Source: Verrucomicrobiia bacterium
GTDB lineage: Bacteria; Verrucomicrobiota; Verrucomicrobiia; Palsa-1439
DNA: 64,000 bases
Assembly: GCA_050010195.1 (NCBI GenBank)
Contig: JBEKLM010000016.1
Span: forward strand, 16,042 to 80,041
Direction of reading: 5' to 3'
Positions 45,841 through 57,325 of the stretch are shown here, in pieces; the stretch's first letter is position 1, and each line of letters starts with the position of its first letter. The notes below the pieces were generated by a model that worked only from the letters and a program-made list of their open reading frames with translations, was not told the DNA's origin and did not search any database. A program made the position numbers and the translations under genes.

Positions 45841-47130
45841 ATGGCAGATTTAAGCGTCACCATCGCCGGCATCAAATCACCCAACCCATTCTGGCTCGCC
45901 AGCGCCCCGCCCACCAACAGCGGCGCCCAAATCCAGCGCGCGTTCGACCTCGGTTGGGGTGGCGCGGTCTGGAAAACGCTCGGCGACCCGATCATCAACG
46001 TCAATTCCCGCTTCTGGTCCCTCAATTACGGTTCCACGCGCATGATGGGCCTCAACAATATCGAACTCATCACCGCCCGGCCATGGGACACCAACATCCG
46101 CGAGATCATTGAGACGAAGAAGAAATACCCGAAGAACGTCGTGGTCGTCTCGCTGATGGTCGAGTCCAAAAAGGAAACATGGCAGAAGGCCATCAAAGAA
46201 CTCAACGACACGGGCTGCGACGGCGTCGAGTTGAATTTCGGTTGCCCGCACGGCATGAGCGAACGCGGCATGGGCGCGGCCGTCGGTCAGGTGCCCGAGT
46301 ACACCAAGATGATCACGGAATGGGTCAAGGAAGTCGCCGAGGTTCCCGTGTTCGTGAAGCTGACGCCGAATATCAGCAACATCGCGCTCATCGGGCGCGC
46401 CGCCGCCGCCGGCAAAGCCGATGGCCTCTCGTTGATCAACACGGTCGCTTCGATCATGGGCATCAATCTTGACAATTTCTCGCCCTACCCCAGCGTGGAC
46501 GGCAAGGGCTCCCACGGCGGTTACTGCGGTCCCGCGGTCAAACCCATCGCGCTCAACATGGTCAGCACGATTGCCTCGGATCCAGAGATCGGCATCCCGA
46601 TTTCCGGCATCGGCGGCATCGCCACGTGGCAGGACGCAGTCGAATTCATGGTGCTCGGCGCAACGAGCGTCCAGGTCTGCACCGCCGTCATGCATTACGG
46701 CTACCGCATCGTCGAGGACATGATCGACGGTCTCTCGAACTGGATGGACGAGAAGGGCTACACGAAATGTACCGACTTCATCGGCAAGGCCCTGCCCAAT
46801 ATCAAGGACTGGGGCGACCTCAATCTCAACTACCGGATCATCGCCAAGATCAATTCCGATCTCTGCATCGGCTGCGAGCTCTGCCACGTCGCCGCCTGGG
46901 ACGGCGCGCACCAGTGCATCGACCTCGAAACGGGCAATGGCCACCGCGTTCCCGTCATCAATGACCCCGAGTGCGTCGGCTGCAATCTGTGCATGTTGGT
47001 GTGTCCGGTGGACGGGTGCATCACCATGGTGCAACAGGACACCGGCAAGAAGTCGACCTCGTGGCGCCAATACCAGGCCGAGCTGGGCAAAAACCCGAAG
47101 TGCGAGCCCCCCGGCTACATCGAGCATTAG
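45841..47130 (+). CDS. preA: NAD-dependent dihydropyrimidine dehydrogenase subunit PreA
   Basis: DHOD-like TIM barrel ('IKSPNPFWLASAPP', 'ELNFGCPHGM', 'LINT') plus two C-terminal 4Fe-4S ferredoxin motifs (CIGCELC, CVGCNLCMLVCP). Confidence 0.9.
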   Translation: MADLSVTIAGIKSPNPFWLASAPPTNSGAQIQRAFDLGWGGAVWKTLGDPIINVNSRFWSLNYGSTRMMGLNNIELITARPWDTNIREIIETKKKYPKNVVVVSLMVESKKETWQKAIKELNDTGCDGVELNFGCPHGMSERGMGAAVGQVPEYTKMITEWVKEVAEVPVFVKLTPNISNIALIGRAAAAGKADGLSLINTVASIMGINLDNFSPYPSVDGKGSHGGYCGPAVKPIALNMVSTIASDPEIGIPISGIGGIATWQDAVEFMVLGATSVQVCTAVMHYGYRIVEDMIDGLSNWMDEKGYTKCTDFIGKALPNIKDWGDLNLNYRIIAKINSDLCIGCELCHVAAWDGAHQCIDLETGNGHRVPVINDPECVGCNLCMLVCPVDGCITMVQQDTGKKSTSWRQYQAELGKNPKCEPPGYIEH

Positions 47131-47145
47131 CTGGAGCCGTCGCGC

Positions 47146-48591
47146 TTACTCGTACACGTACCGATTGAATGTCCCGCGGGCGACCGTGGAAACCTTCACC
47201 TCGTCGCCCCAAAGCGTCTCGGTTCTCTCCTTCGCGGGTGCGGCGAGGATGCGCTTGCCGCCGCAATTGACCACCGCCACCACGTACGCCCCCTCCGGTT
47301 GTCCGACTTGCGGATACACGGTCGTCGAGACTTCCAGAACGCCTTGGGCCAGCACGGGTTTGTGCGGCTCGTTATTGCGTGGCAGGGGCTCAGGCTGCCA
47401 ACGGCGAAAATGATGCCGATACCGGCGGTTGCCGACCTTGTCGAGCACCGTCACCGCAATGTTGTTGCCGGGCCCGCCAATGCTGTGGCAGATCGCGACC
47501 TTGGGCTTCTTCACTTGTAATTCCTTCGGCGCTTCCCCGCGAAGTTGCCTGCAGGCCTCGATGATCTTGATCAGACCGGTGCCGCCCAGTGCATGCAGGT
47601 CTTTCAGGCCACCGGAAATGTTGGTCGGGATTTGACCGTCCTTATCCAGTGTCCCCTTTTCGATGGCTTTCACGGCCTCGTCGTGGGTGAAGATGCCCAG
47701 ATCGACAAGGTTCAACAGGAACAATGGCCCGAACGCGTCGTGTTGTTCGACGATCAATCCCTTGAGGTCTTGTGGATGAAGAATGCCCGCCATCTTGTAC
47801 GCTTTGCGCGCCGCCCACCGCGTGGCCTCCAAGTGGTCGATGTAATAGCGACCGAATATGCGTGACCCGTCCACCGCGTGACCGACCCCGGAAATCTCAA
47901 CGTCGGTCTCCTGGCTCGTGACCAGGATCGCACCCGCAGCATCGCTCGTCGGACAGGAATCGAACACATGCAGCGGCGTCGCCACCGGGGGATTGCGCAT
48001 CGGGTCGTGATACTCTGCCGCGGTGATGGTCTTGCCGACAAACTGGGCGTCCGGGTTCGCCGACGCGTAACCGTAGGCACGGATCGAAATCTTTTCGAGC
48101 AACGCCCTCAAGTCGCCAGGCGAAACGCCATTGACGCGCGCGTATTCCAGCGAAATCAACGCAATCGCCGATGGCATCGTCAACCCGCACGCGCGGTCGA
48201 TGGGGTCAATGACTTCGCCGATGATGCGCGAACGCGCCTCGCGTTCCACCTCGCTCATCTTCTCGCCGCCAATGGCGATTACCCGTTTGCAGCGCCCGCT
48301 GGCCACGGCATCGAACGCCCGCAACAGCGCCGTGTGTCCGTTGGAAGCAGTCTCGACGCGTTCCGCCTCCGCGCCGCGCAAACCGAGGCGGTCGGCGACT
48401 TTGGTGGCAATGTTGCCTTCGCCGGTAAACGAAGAAATGTTCTGGATGGAGACGAAGACGCCGTCAATCCGGCTGGGATCAACCTTCGAGAGAATCCGCT
48501 GGGCGGGCTCGCATAGGAGATCGATCAGCGACAAGCCGGTCTTCTTGTACGCCTTGGTGCGCTCGGCCTCCTGGATGTACACCTTCATCAT
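47146..48591 (-). CDS. Thiolase-like protein fused to a C-terminal DUF35-type OB-fold domain
   Basis: The ATG at 48591 is preceded by 'ggggaaagggg'. SCP-x/archaeal-thiolase-like motifs are present (GGEKMSEV, FDSCPTSDAAGAILV, NISGGLK..H..GGTG). The last ~80 aa look like the OB fold of DUF35 acyl-CoA-associated proteins. Confidence 0.65.
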   Translation of the reverse strand: MMKVYIQEAERTKAYKKTGLSLIDLLCEPAQRILSKVDPSRIDGVFVSIQNISSFTGEGNIATKVADRLGLRGAEAERVETASNGHTALLRAFDAVASGRCKRVIAIGGEKMSEVEREARSRIIGEVIDPIDRACGLTMPSAIALISLEYARVNGVSPGDLRALLEKISIRAYGYASANPDAQFVGKTITAAEYHDPMRNPPVATPLHVFDSCPTSDAAGAILVTSQETDVEISGVGHAVDGSRIFGRYYIDHLEATRWAARKAYKMAGILHPQDLKGLIVEQHDAFGPLFLLNLVDLGIFTHDEAVKAIEKGTLDKDGQIPTNISGGLKDLHALGGTGLIKIIEACRQLRGEAPKELQVKKPKVAICHSIGGPGNNIAVTVLDKVGNRRYRHHFRRWQPEPLPRNNEPHKPVLAQGVLEVSTTVYPQVGQPEGAYVVAVVNCGGKRILAAPAKERTETLWGDEVKVSTVARGTFNRYVYE

Positions 48592-48666
48592 GCCCCTTTC
48601 CCCAAGCACCTCCAGTGCCTGGAGACCGCCAAGACCGCGAAACGCTTGGCCAACCTTCGTCGACAA

Positions 48667-48748
48667 TGTAGCCGCACCCGTTAGGGTGCGCAGGCCAAGC
48701 CGAAGCGGAGCGGAGACGCGCCCTCAGGGCGGCATCCCTGCGGCTACA
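48667..48748. other. Structured 82-nt intergenic element
   Basis: 10-bp terminal inverted repeat TGTAGCCGCA / TGCGGCTACA enclosing local hairpins CGCACCC-GTTA-GGGTGCG and CGCCC-TCA-GGGCG. Confidence 0.4.
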
Positions 48749-48780
48749 GGACAAACTCTTCAAATCAACTTTGAGGAAGA

Positions 48781-50094
48781 CTAGCTTTTCTCGATGATCG
48801 TAAAGACCTCGTCAAGCGTCTTCACGATGAAATCGGTGTCGTCCTTCGTGATGCAGAACGGCGGTTTGATGCGGATCGTGTTGGCCGCCATGCCGCCGCG
48901 TCCGATGAGCAACCCGCGGTCCTTGCACAACTCCATCGCGCGCTGGACGTGTTGCGGGGCGACTTCCTTCGATTGCTTGTCTTTCACGATCTCCAGGCCG
49001 CGCATCAGGCCCTTGCCCCGGTGTTCGCCGACGATCTTGTGCTTGCGCACGAGCTTGTCGAAGCCTTCCTGCAACCGGTCGCCCATGACCTTGCAATTGT
49101 GCATGTACTTGTTGCGCTCGATCGTTTCGAGCACCGCAAGTCCGGCAGCCATCGACACCGGATTGCCACCGTAGGTATTGAAGTGGACCTTCTCGCGCAT
49201 CGATTCCGCGACTTCCTTCGTGCAGGTGACGCCACCCAGCGGGACACCGTTGCCCATGCCCTTGGCCATCGTAATCATATCGGGCTTCACGCCCCAATGC
49301 TCGATGCCCCACCACTTGTCGCCCGTGCGACCAAATCCCGTCTGGACCTCGTCGCTGATGAACAACCCGCCGTACTTCTTGACGATGTCGTAGACGATCT
49401 CGAAATATTCCTTGGGTGGGTCGATCACGCCGCCGAATCCCTGGATCGGCTCGCCGATGAACGCCGCGATCTTGCCCGAGGTGTTGTACTTGATCACGTC
49501 TTCCAGCTCGCGCGCGCAGGCGACGTTGCAGGACGGATACGTGAGACCAAACGGGCACCGATAGCAATATCCGGGGGAAATGTGCGTGACGCCAAACACG
49601 TACGGCAGCGAATGCCGCCACTTTGACTGTCCCGTCATCGTCATCGCCATCAATGTGCGGCCATGGAAACTGTGACGCAGCCCGACAAACTCGGTCTGCT
49701 TGGTGTGGTTTTTCGCCAGCAGCGCCGCCAATTCGTTGGCCTCGCAACCGCTATTCGTGAAAAAGCTGACCTTCAGCCCACCCGGCATCACGCTCGCCAG
49801 TTTCTCGGCGTAACGGACCAGATTCGGGTGGTAATAGAGCGTGGTCATATGCTGCAGCGTTTTGACCTGCTCGACGATCGGGTTGGTGACTTCCGGATGG
49901 CAATGGCCGACGCTGATTGTCACGACCGCGGAAAACCCATCGAGGTACTTGTTGCCCTTGTCGTCGTAGACAAATTGCATGTCGCCCTTCACGATATTTA
50001 TCGGAGAAAACTTCATCGTGCTGGGCAGGATGTATTCGTCCCGCATCTGGCCGATTTGTTCGGCCGTCAAAGCGTCCGTCTTTTTCATGTGCAT
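48781..50094 (-). CDS. Class-III aminotransferase, AGXT2-like (beta-alanine / beta-aminoisobutyrate:pyruvate type)
   Basis: 'FTNSGCEANE', 'FISDEVQTGFGRTG', 'PDMITMAKGMGNGVPLG' (PLP Lys). The motif pattern resembles the alanine-glyoxylate aminotransferase 2 subfamily. Confidence 0.75.
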   Translation of the reverse strand: MHMKKTDALTAEQIGQMRDEYILPSTMKFSPINIVKGDMQFVYDDKGNKYLDGFSAVVTISVGHCHPEVTNPIVEQVKTLQHMTTLYYHPNLVRYAEKLASVMPGGLKVSFFTNSGCEANELAALLAKNHTKQTEFVGLRHSFHGRTLMAMTMTGQSKWRHSLPYVFGVTHISPGYCYRCPFGLTYPSCNVACARELEDVIKYNTSGKIAAFIGEPIQGFGGVIDPPKEYFEIVYDIVKKYGGLFISDEVQTGFGRTGDKWWGIEHWGVKPDMITMAKGMGNGVPLGGVTCTKEVAESMREKVHFNTYGGNPVSMAAGLAVLETIERNKYMHNCKVMGDRLQEGFDKLVRKHKIVGEHRGKGLMRGLEIVKDKQSKEVAPQHVQRAMELCKDRGLLIGRGGMAANTIRIKPPFCITKDDTDFIVKTLDEVFTIIEKS

Positions 50095-50099
50095 GGTAG

Positions 50100-51635
50100 T
50101 TACCTTTCTATTTTGGGTTTGCGCACCAGGGCCATCAGTACCCAGTACGCAACGAACGAAATGGAGAAACCGACAAACCAGGCGTAGCTGTACAGGTGCA
50201 TCAGGAACGGCCCCACTGTGGAAGGATCGACCACCTTGATCGTGCCGAGAAATCCGGGCACGTTGGGCGCCACGCCGAGGACCAGCGCCACCACCGCCGC
50301 GGGATTGAACCCGTTGCGATAGAAATACTGGCCGTCACGCAAATAGAGCTGGATCGGATGTAACCGCGTTCGTCGAATGACAAAATAGTCGCAAATCAAA
50401 ATACCGCCAATCGGACCCAGCAGCGCGGAATAACCGACCAGCCATGTGAAGATGTAACCGCTCGGATCCTCCACGAGTTTCCATGGCCGCAACAGAATAC
50501 CGATAATCCCGGTGATCAACCCGCCAATCCGAAATGTGATTTTCGACGGCCACAAATTCGAGAAGTCGTTCGCGGGACTGACCACGTTCGCGGCGAGGTT
50601 CGTCGCGAGCGTCGCCAAACAAAGGGCGAACAATGAAATCCCCAAGACAACGGGGCTCTTGAATTTCGTGATCAGCACGACGGGGTCCCAGATCGGCGAA
50701 CCGTAAATCACAATCGTGGCCGAGGTCACCGCCACGCCAATGAACGAGTACAAGGCCATCGTCATGGGCAGTCCAATGGCCTGCCCGATCACCTGATCGC
50801 GCTGCGTGCGCGAGTAGCGCGTAAAGTCCGGTATGTTCAGCGACAACGTGGCCCAATAACCGATCATGCCCGTCAACGCCGGGAAAAACACCAGCCAGAA
50901 CTGCCCGGCCTTCGGCCCGCCCGGAACGAACGCCGAGGGTTGCGACAGCATCGGTCCGAAGCCGCCCGCCGCGTGGTACGCCCACGCCAGCAATGCCAGG
51001 CCGAGCAAGATGAGCAGCGGCGCTTTGATATCGAGCAGGATGCGGATCGATTCGATGCCCTTGTAGATCACGAGCATGTTGATGCACCAGAAAACCATGA
51101 AGCAGGCGAATTGGGCGATGTTGATATTGCCGCACCACGCCGGAAACTTCGGCAGCGCATCCCACGACGGAATGTAAATCGTGCAAATCTTGTAAATCGC
51201 CCAACCGCCAATCCAGGTCTGGATTCCGAACCACCCGCAGGCCACGAACGCGCGCAACAACGCCGGAATGTTCGCCCCGCGCACGCCGAATGACGCGCGA
51301 CAATACACCGGGAACGGAATGCCGTACTTCGTGCCGGCGTGCGCGTTGAGAATCATGGGAAGCAGCACGATGGCATTGCCGAAAAAGATCGTCAGCACGG
51401 CCTCGTACCAGTTCATGCCCTCGGAGATCAATGACGACGCCAGCATGTAGGTCGGTATGCACGCCGACATCGAAATCCACAGCGCCGCGATGTCCTTCAA
51501 TCCCCATTTGCGGTCGCTGACGCGCGTCGGGGCGATGTCCGCGTTCCAGTACGGTGAGTGCGAGATATCATCTGTCACCTCGTGAATGCCGTTGGTGACG
51601 CGGACGCCGTCGAGTTCCTGGACCGGGGGATTCAT
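50100..51635 (-). CDS. NCS1-family nucleobase:cation symporter (uracil/hydantoin/allantoin permease class)
   Basis: 511 aa with 12 TM segments. The N-terminal 'NADIAPT....RKWG..DIAALWISMSACIPTYMLA' is typical of NCS1 (Mhp1/PucI-like). Confidence 0.8.
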   Translation of the reverse strand: MNPPVQELDGVRVTNGIHEVTDDISHSPYWNADIAPTRVSDRKWGLKDIAALWISMSACIPTYMLASSLISEGMNWYEAVLTIFFGNAIVLLPMILNAHAGTKYGIPFPVYCRASFGVRGANIPALLRAFVACGWFGIQTWIGGWAIYKICTIYIPSWDALPKFPAWCGNINIAQFACFMVFWCINMLVIYKGIESIRILLDIKAPLLILLGLALLAWAYHAAGGFGPMLSQPSAFVPGGPKAGQFWLVFFPALTGMIGYWATLSLNIPDFTRYSRTQRDQVIGQAIGLPMTMALYSFIGVAVTSATIVIYGSPIWDPVVLITKFKSPVVLGISLFALCLATLATNLAANVVSPANDFSNLWPSKITFRIGGLITGIIGILLRPWKLVEDPSGYIFTWLVGYSALLGPIGGILICDYFVIRRTRLHPIQLYLRDGQYFYRNGFNPAAVVALVLGVAPNVPGFLGTIKVVDPSTVGPFLMHLYSYAWFVGFSISFVAYWVLMALVRKPKIER

Positions 51636-51639
51636 CAGG

Positions 51640-52515
51640 CTACGGGAGCAACTCGGCCATTGCCTTGTACGTCTCGGGACGGCGATCGCGGTAGAACTGC
51701 CACACGTTGCGCACTTCGCGGATCAGGTCGAGATTCAGATCCGCGACGACGATGGCGTCCTTGTCGCGCGGGCCTTCGGCGATGATTTGGCCGCGTGGAT
51801 TGGCAAAGTAACTTTGTCCGTAAAATTCCCCGAAACTCCAGGGTTTCTCGGTGCCGACGCGGTTGATCGCGCCGACATAATAAACATTCGCCACGGCGGC
51901 GGCGGGTTGTTCCAGCTTCCACAGGTACTCGCTCAAGCCTGCTGTGGTCGCGCTCGGGTTGAACACGATCTCGGCGCCGTTTAGCCCGAGCAACCGCCAG
52001 CCCTCGGGGAAATGGCGGTCGTAACAGGTGTAGACCCCGACCTTGCCGACGGCCGTCTCGAACACGGGGTAGCCGAGGTTGCCCGGCTTGAAGTAAAACT
52101 TCTCCCAGAAGCCGGGTTTGCAGTGCGGGATGTGGTTCTTGCGATATTTGCCGAGAAATTTGCCGTCGGCATCGATCACGGCCGTCGTGTTGTAGTACGT
52201 GCCCGTGGATTCTTCCTCGTACATGGGCGCGACGATGACCATGCCGTGTTTTTTCGCGAGCCGCTGCATCAACTTCGTCGTCGGGCCATCCGGCACCCGC
52301 TCGGTGGACTCGTACCATTTGATCTCCTGCTCGCAGCAAAAATACGGGCCGTAAAAAATTTCCTGCATGCACATCACCTGCACGCCCTTTTTCGCCGCCT
52401 GATCGATCAATTTGATGTGCTTCTCGATCATCGCCTGCTTGATCTTTTTCACCGACGACGTCCCCGGCTCCGGGTTCGATGCCTGAATCAGTCCGCCTCG
52501 TACGATGCGCGCCAT
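51640..52515 (-). CDS. Beta-ureidopropionase (N-carbamoyl-beta-alanine amidohydrolase, nitrilase superfamily)
   Basis: 291 aa with the Glu-Lys-Cys triad contexts 'CMQEIF', 'YRKNHIP' and 'YTCYDRHFPE', closely matching the eukaryote-type enzyme pattern. Confidence 0.8.
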   Translation of the reverse strand: MARIVRGGLIQASNPEPGTSSVKKIKQAMIEKHIKLIDQAAKKGVQVMCMQEIFYGPYFCCEQEIKWYESTERVPDGPTTKLMQRLAKKHGMVIVAPMYEEESTGTYYNTTAVIDADGKFLGKYRKNHIPHCKPGFWEKFYFKPGNLGYPVFETAVGKVGVYTCYDRHFPEGWRLLGLNGAEIVFNPSATTAGLSEYLWKLEQPAAAVANVYYVGAINRVGTEKPWSFGEFYGQSYFANPRGQIIAEGPRDKDAIVVADLNLDLIREVRNVWQFYRDRRPETYKAMAELLP

Positions 52516-52581
52516 GTCTCTTTCTCCTTCGGTTCCCGCAACCTCGCGGGCGTACGCCAGCCCGCGGCCACGTGTTCTTGC

Positions 52582-54117
52582 TCAGTAAATGTTCGTCTGC
52601 CGTTTCACGCCTGTGTAATCGTAAAACACCGTCTTCAATTGCGTGAAGAAATTCAACCCCTCATCACTCATCTCGCGACTGCCGTAGCCGGTCGCCTTGA
52701 ATCCGCCGAACGGCAATTGCGCTTCACCGCCAATGGTCGGCGAATTGATGTGGACCATGCCCGCCTCGATCCGGTCCGTGAATCTCATCACGAGGTTTGC
52801 ATCACCCGTGTAGATCGCGCAGGTCAACCCGAAGCGGACGTTATTGGCGACCTTCATCGCCTCCTCGAAATCACCCACACGAAATACCGCCAACACCGGG
52901 CCGAACACTTCTTCCTGGGCCAGTGTGTGCTCGGGTTTCACGTTGTCAAAGATCGTTGGGGCGACGAAATAACCCTTCGCGAGCTTGCCCTCGGTAAGCG
53001 CTCCGCCGCCGATCAAACACTTGCACCCGTCCTTCTTTGCGATCTCGATGTAGCGCAAATCGGTTTCGTACTGCGCCTTATCGACCGCCGGGCCCATGCC
53101 GATACCGTCTTCCATGCCGTCGCCCACTTTGATCTTCTTCGTGCGCTCGATCAGTTTTTCGAGAAACTTGTCGGCAATCGCCTTGTGCAACACCAGCCGA
53201 CTGGTCGCGGTGCAGCGTTGTCCCGTCGAACCGAACGCCCCCTGCGCGCAGCCTTCGACCGCGAGATCGAGATCGGCATCGTCCATGACCACGAGCGGGT
53301 TTTTCCCGCCCATTTCGCAGGTGACCTTGGCGAGGTGTGACGCGGCCTGTTTCGCCACCTGACTCCCCGTCTCGCACGAGCCGGTAAACGACACCGCGCG
53401 AACGGTCTGGTTGTTCACGAGTTCGTCGCCCACCGTGCCGCCGCTGCCATACACGAGATTGAGCACGCCCTTCGGCAGGCCGGCGTCCTGATAAATTTTC
53501 ACGAGCAATTCCGCGCAGCCGGGCGTGTTGGTGGCAGCCTTGAACACCACGGTATTCCCCGCGACGAGGGCCGGCGCCGTCTTCCACACGGGGATACAGA
53601 ACGGGAAATTCCACGGCGTGACGCAGCTCACCACGCCGAGCGGCTGACGGAGCGTGTAGACGAACGTACTTGGCATTTCGCTGGGCGAGGTGCGCCCCTC
53701 GACGCGAAACGACAGGCCCGCGTAGTATTCAAAGAGATTGATGCTCTTTTGGACTTCGCCGCGCGATTCACTGAGAATCTTGCCTTCCTCGCGCGTCATC
53801 ATCCGCGCAATCTCTTCCTTACGCTCGTACGAGAGCTGCACCGCCTTGGCGAGGATGCGACCACGGGCGGGCGCGGGAGTATTGCGCCAGGCTTGAAACG
53901 CCGCCTGTGCCGCTTCAATGGCCGCCCTGGCCTCGTCGCGTGTCGATTGCGGTGCGTGACCGATAATGTCGTCGGTGTTGGCGGGATTGACATTCGGGGC
54001 TGACTTGCCCGAAGACGAATCCACCCATTGACCGTTGATAAAATTTCTGTAGCGGTGCGATTCCGCCGCGGGCTTCGTGTCGGTCCTTGGTTTTTTAGCG
54101 AGGACTTGCGATGACAT
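52582..54117 (-). CDS. NAD(P)-dependent aldehyde dehydrogenase, hydrolytic (non-acylating) type
   Basis: Start trimmed to the ATG at 54117. It retains the general-base motif 'CEMGGKNP' and the catalytic Cys 'GQRCTA', with the Rossmann motif 'FTGSCETG'. Confidence 0.8.
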   Translation of the reverse strand: MSSQVLAKKPRTDTKPAAESHRYRNFINGQWVDSSSGKSAPNVNPANTDDIIGHAPQSTRDEARAAIEAAQAAFQAWRNTPAPARGRILAKAVQLSYERKEEIARMMTREEGKILSESRGEVQKSINLFEYYAGLSFRVEGRTSPSEMPSTFVYTLRQPLGVVSCVTPWNFPFCIPVWKTAPALVAGNTVVFKAATNTPGCAELLVKIYQDAGLPKGVLNLVYGSGGTVGDELVNNQTVRAVSFTGSCETGSQVAKQAASHLAKVTCEMGGKNPLVVMDDADLDLAVEGCAQGAFGSTGQRCTATSRLVLHKAIADKFLEKLIERTKKIKVGDGMEDGIGMGPAVDKAQYETDLRYIEIAKKDGCKCLIGGGALTEGKLAKGYFVAPTIFDNVKPEHTLAQEEVFGPVLAVFRVGDFEEAMKVANNVRFGLTCAIYTGDANLVMRFTDRIEAGMVHINSPTIGGEAQLPFGGFKATGYGSREMSDEGLNFFTQLKTVFYDYTGVKRQTNIY

Positions 54118-54134
54118 GTTTGGAACTCCTGTTG

Positions 54135-55028
54135 TTACTCCCCAAAAATCTCCACCGACAGTTTCTGCACCGCGTCGTTTGGGTCGAGTTTTCTCTTGGC
54201 AACGTCGGCCAGAATGGTTTGCGCCTGCGGTGCTTCCAACGCGCGAAGTATAGACGCCGACATGCGTGATTGCAACAGCCGAATCACCTCGGCGCGGGCC
54301 GCGCGCGCGCGGCGCCGGGCCAATTGACCTGAAGCCACAAGGTATGCGTGATGAGTGTCGGCTACACCACAAAGGGTTGTGATCCCATCGCCGGTTTTCG
54401 CGGAGGCGTGGATTGTTGGTCGCTCCCATTTCTGGCCCTGCTTCGGATGGCGAGTTTCCTGGCGAGGCGTGCCCGCATTTATCAAATCCGATTTGTTGAT
54501 TACCAGCACATCCGCAATTTCCATCAAACCCGACTTGGCGCGCTGAATTTCGTCGCCCAGTTCCGGCATGAGCACGACCACAACCGTGTCCGCCACCTCG
54601 GCGACCTCAACCTCGTCCTGCCCGGTGCCGACGGTTTCCACAATCACGATATCGAAACCTGCGGCATCCAGCGCATGGATGATTTGCGGCGTCGCATCTG
54701 TCAGCCCGCCGTGATGATGACGCGTCGCCAGGCTGCGAATGAACACGCCGTCATCGTCGCTGTGGCGCTGCATCCGCAACCGATCGCCCAAGAGCGCGCC
54801 ACCTGAAATCGGGCTCGTTGGATCGATGACGATGACGCCGACCGTATTGCCATGCCGGCGCAGTTCATCGATCAGGCGATCGATCAGCGAACTCTTGCCC
54901 ACCCCCGGCGGCCCCGTGATGCCGATAACGCGCGCGTTACCGGTACGCGCGTAGAGGTCCGTGGCTAACGGGTCGCCCGCCTCCAGACGCGTAACCAGTT
55001 TCGTGAGTTCCCGGCGCGTCATGCTCAT
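54135..55028 (-). CDS. meaB: MeaB/ArgK-type G3E GTPase (methylmalonyl-CoA mutase chaperone)
   Basis: P-loop 'GPPGVGKSS', 'GGALLGDRLRM', 'ETVGTGQ' and 'VINKSD'. Confidence 0.85.
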   Translation of the reverse strand: MSMTRRELTKLVTRLEAGDPLATDLYARTGNARVIGITGPPGVGKSSLIDRLIDELRRHGNTVGVIVIDPTSPISGGALLGDRLRMQRHSDDDGVFIRSLATRHHHGGLTDATPQIIHALDAAGFDIVIVETVGTGQDEVEVAEVADTVVVVLMPELGDEIQRAKSGLMEIADVLVINKSDLINAGTPRQETRHPKQGQKWERPTIHASAKTGDGITTLCGVADTHHAYLVASGQLARRRARAARAEVIRLLQSRMSASILRALEAPQAQTILADVAKRKLDPNDAVQKLSVEIFGE

Positions 55029-55419
55029 TTCGACCGCACGTTCTTCTTCAAGAACTCCGCGATGCTGGCGATGGAACTGCCGGGACCGAAGATTTCCTTG
55101 ATGCCGAGTTTCTTCAGCTGTTTGACATCGGCGTCGGGAATAATGCCGCCGGCAAACACGAGCACGCCCTTGATTTTCTCCTTCTTGAGCAACTCCATCA
55201 CCCGCGTGAATTGGGCCATGTGACCGCCCGAAAGCGAACTCAGTCCGATGGCATTCACGTCCTCTTGAATGGCGGCCTGGACGATTTGCTCCGGCGTGTT
55301 GCGAATGCCCGTGTATACAACTTCCATCCCCGCGTCACGCAATCCCATGGCCACGACCAGTGCGCCGCGTTCGTGGCCGTCGAGCCCGGCTTTGGCGATC
55401 AGTACTTTAATGGGTCGTT

Positions 55420-55423
<4 letters not shown>
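55025..55423 (-). CDS. Methylmalonyl-CoA mutase, cobalamin-binding small subunit
   Basis: The ATG at 55423 overlaps the large-subunit TGA (ATGA). 132 aa with the DxHxxG motif 'LDGHERG' and 'GLSSLSGGH'. Confidence 0.85.
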
Positions 55424-56920
<1,497 letters not shown>

Positions 56921-56928
<8 letters not shown>

Positions 56929-57325
56929 GCGGTTCACACAGTTCCACAAGCACGCCGTGGGCGGATTTGGGGTGGACGAAGGCGATGCGGGCGCCGCCGG
57001 CGCCGATGCGTGGTTGCTCGTCGATGAGCGCGACTCCCGCGCTCTTCAGCTTCTTGAGTTGATCAGGAACACTGTCCGTTTGCAGAGTCAAATGATGCAA
57101 ACCCTCACCGCGTTTCTCGATGAACCGTTGAATGGGACTGTCGGGCGAGGTGGGTTCGAGCAACTCGATCGTTGTGGCGCCTGCTTTCAAGATGGCGACG
57201 CGCACTTTTTGTTCGGGCACTTCTTCGATGTGCGACAACTTGAGGCCGAGCGTGTCGACCCAGAATTTCTTCGCTTCGTCGATGCTTTTGACCGCAACGC
57301 CGACGTGGTCGATGCCCCTGATCAT
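56921..57325 (-). CDS. mce: Methylmalonyl-CoA epimerase (VOC/glyoxalase fold)
   Basis: The ATG at 57325 overlaps the upstream TGA (ATGA). 134 aa: 'IDHVGVAV', 'ELLEP', 'GLHHL', 'AFVHPK..HGVLVEL'. Confidence 0.8.

Noticed and set aside
52582-54429. Long N-terminal extensions of track ORFs (ALDH to 54429, binding protein to 21336, dihydropyrimidinase from 39369, epimerase to 57607, toxin to 41333, MoaD-like to 43199, thiolase-like to 48666).
   Set aside because: The extensions overlap upstream genes and are R/G-rich. Internal ATGs coincide with RBSs, signal peptides, family N-termini or ATGA coupling.
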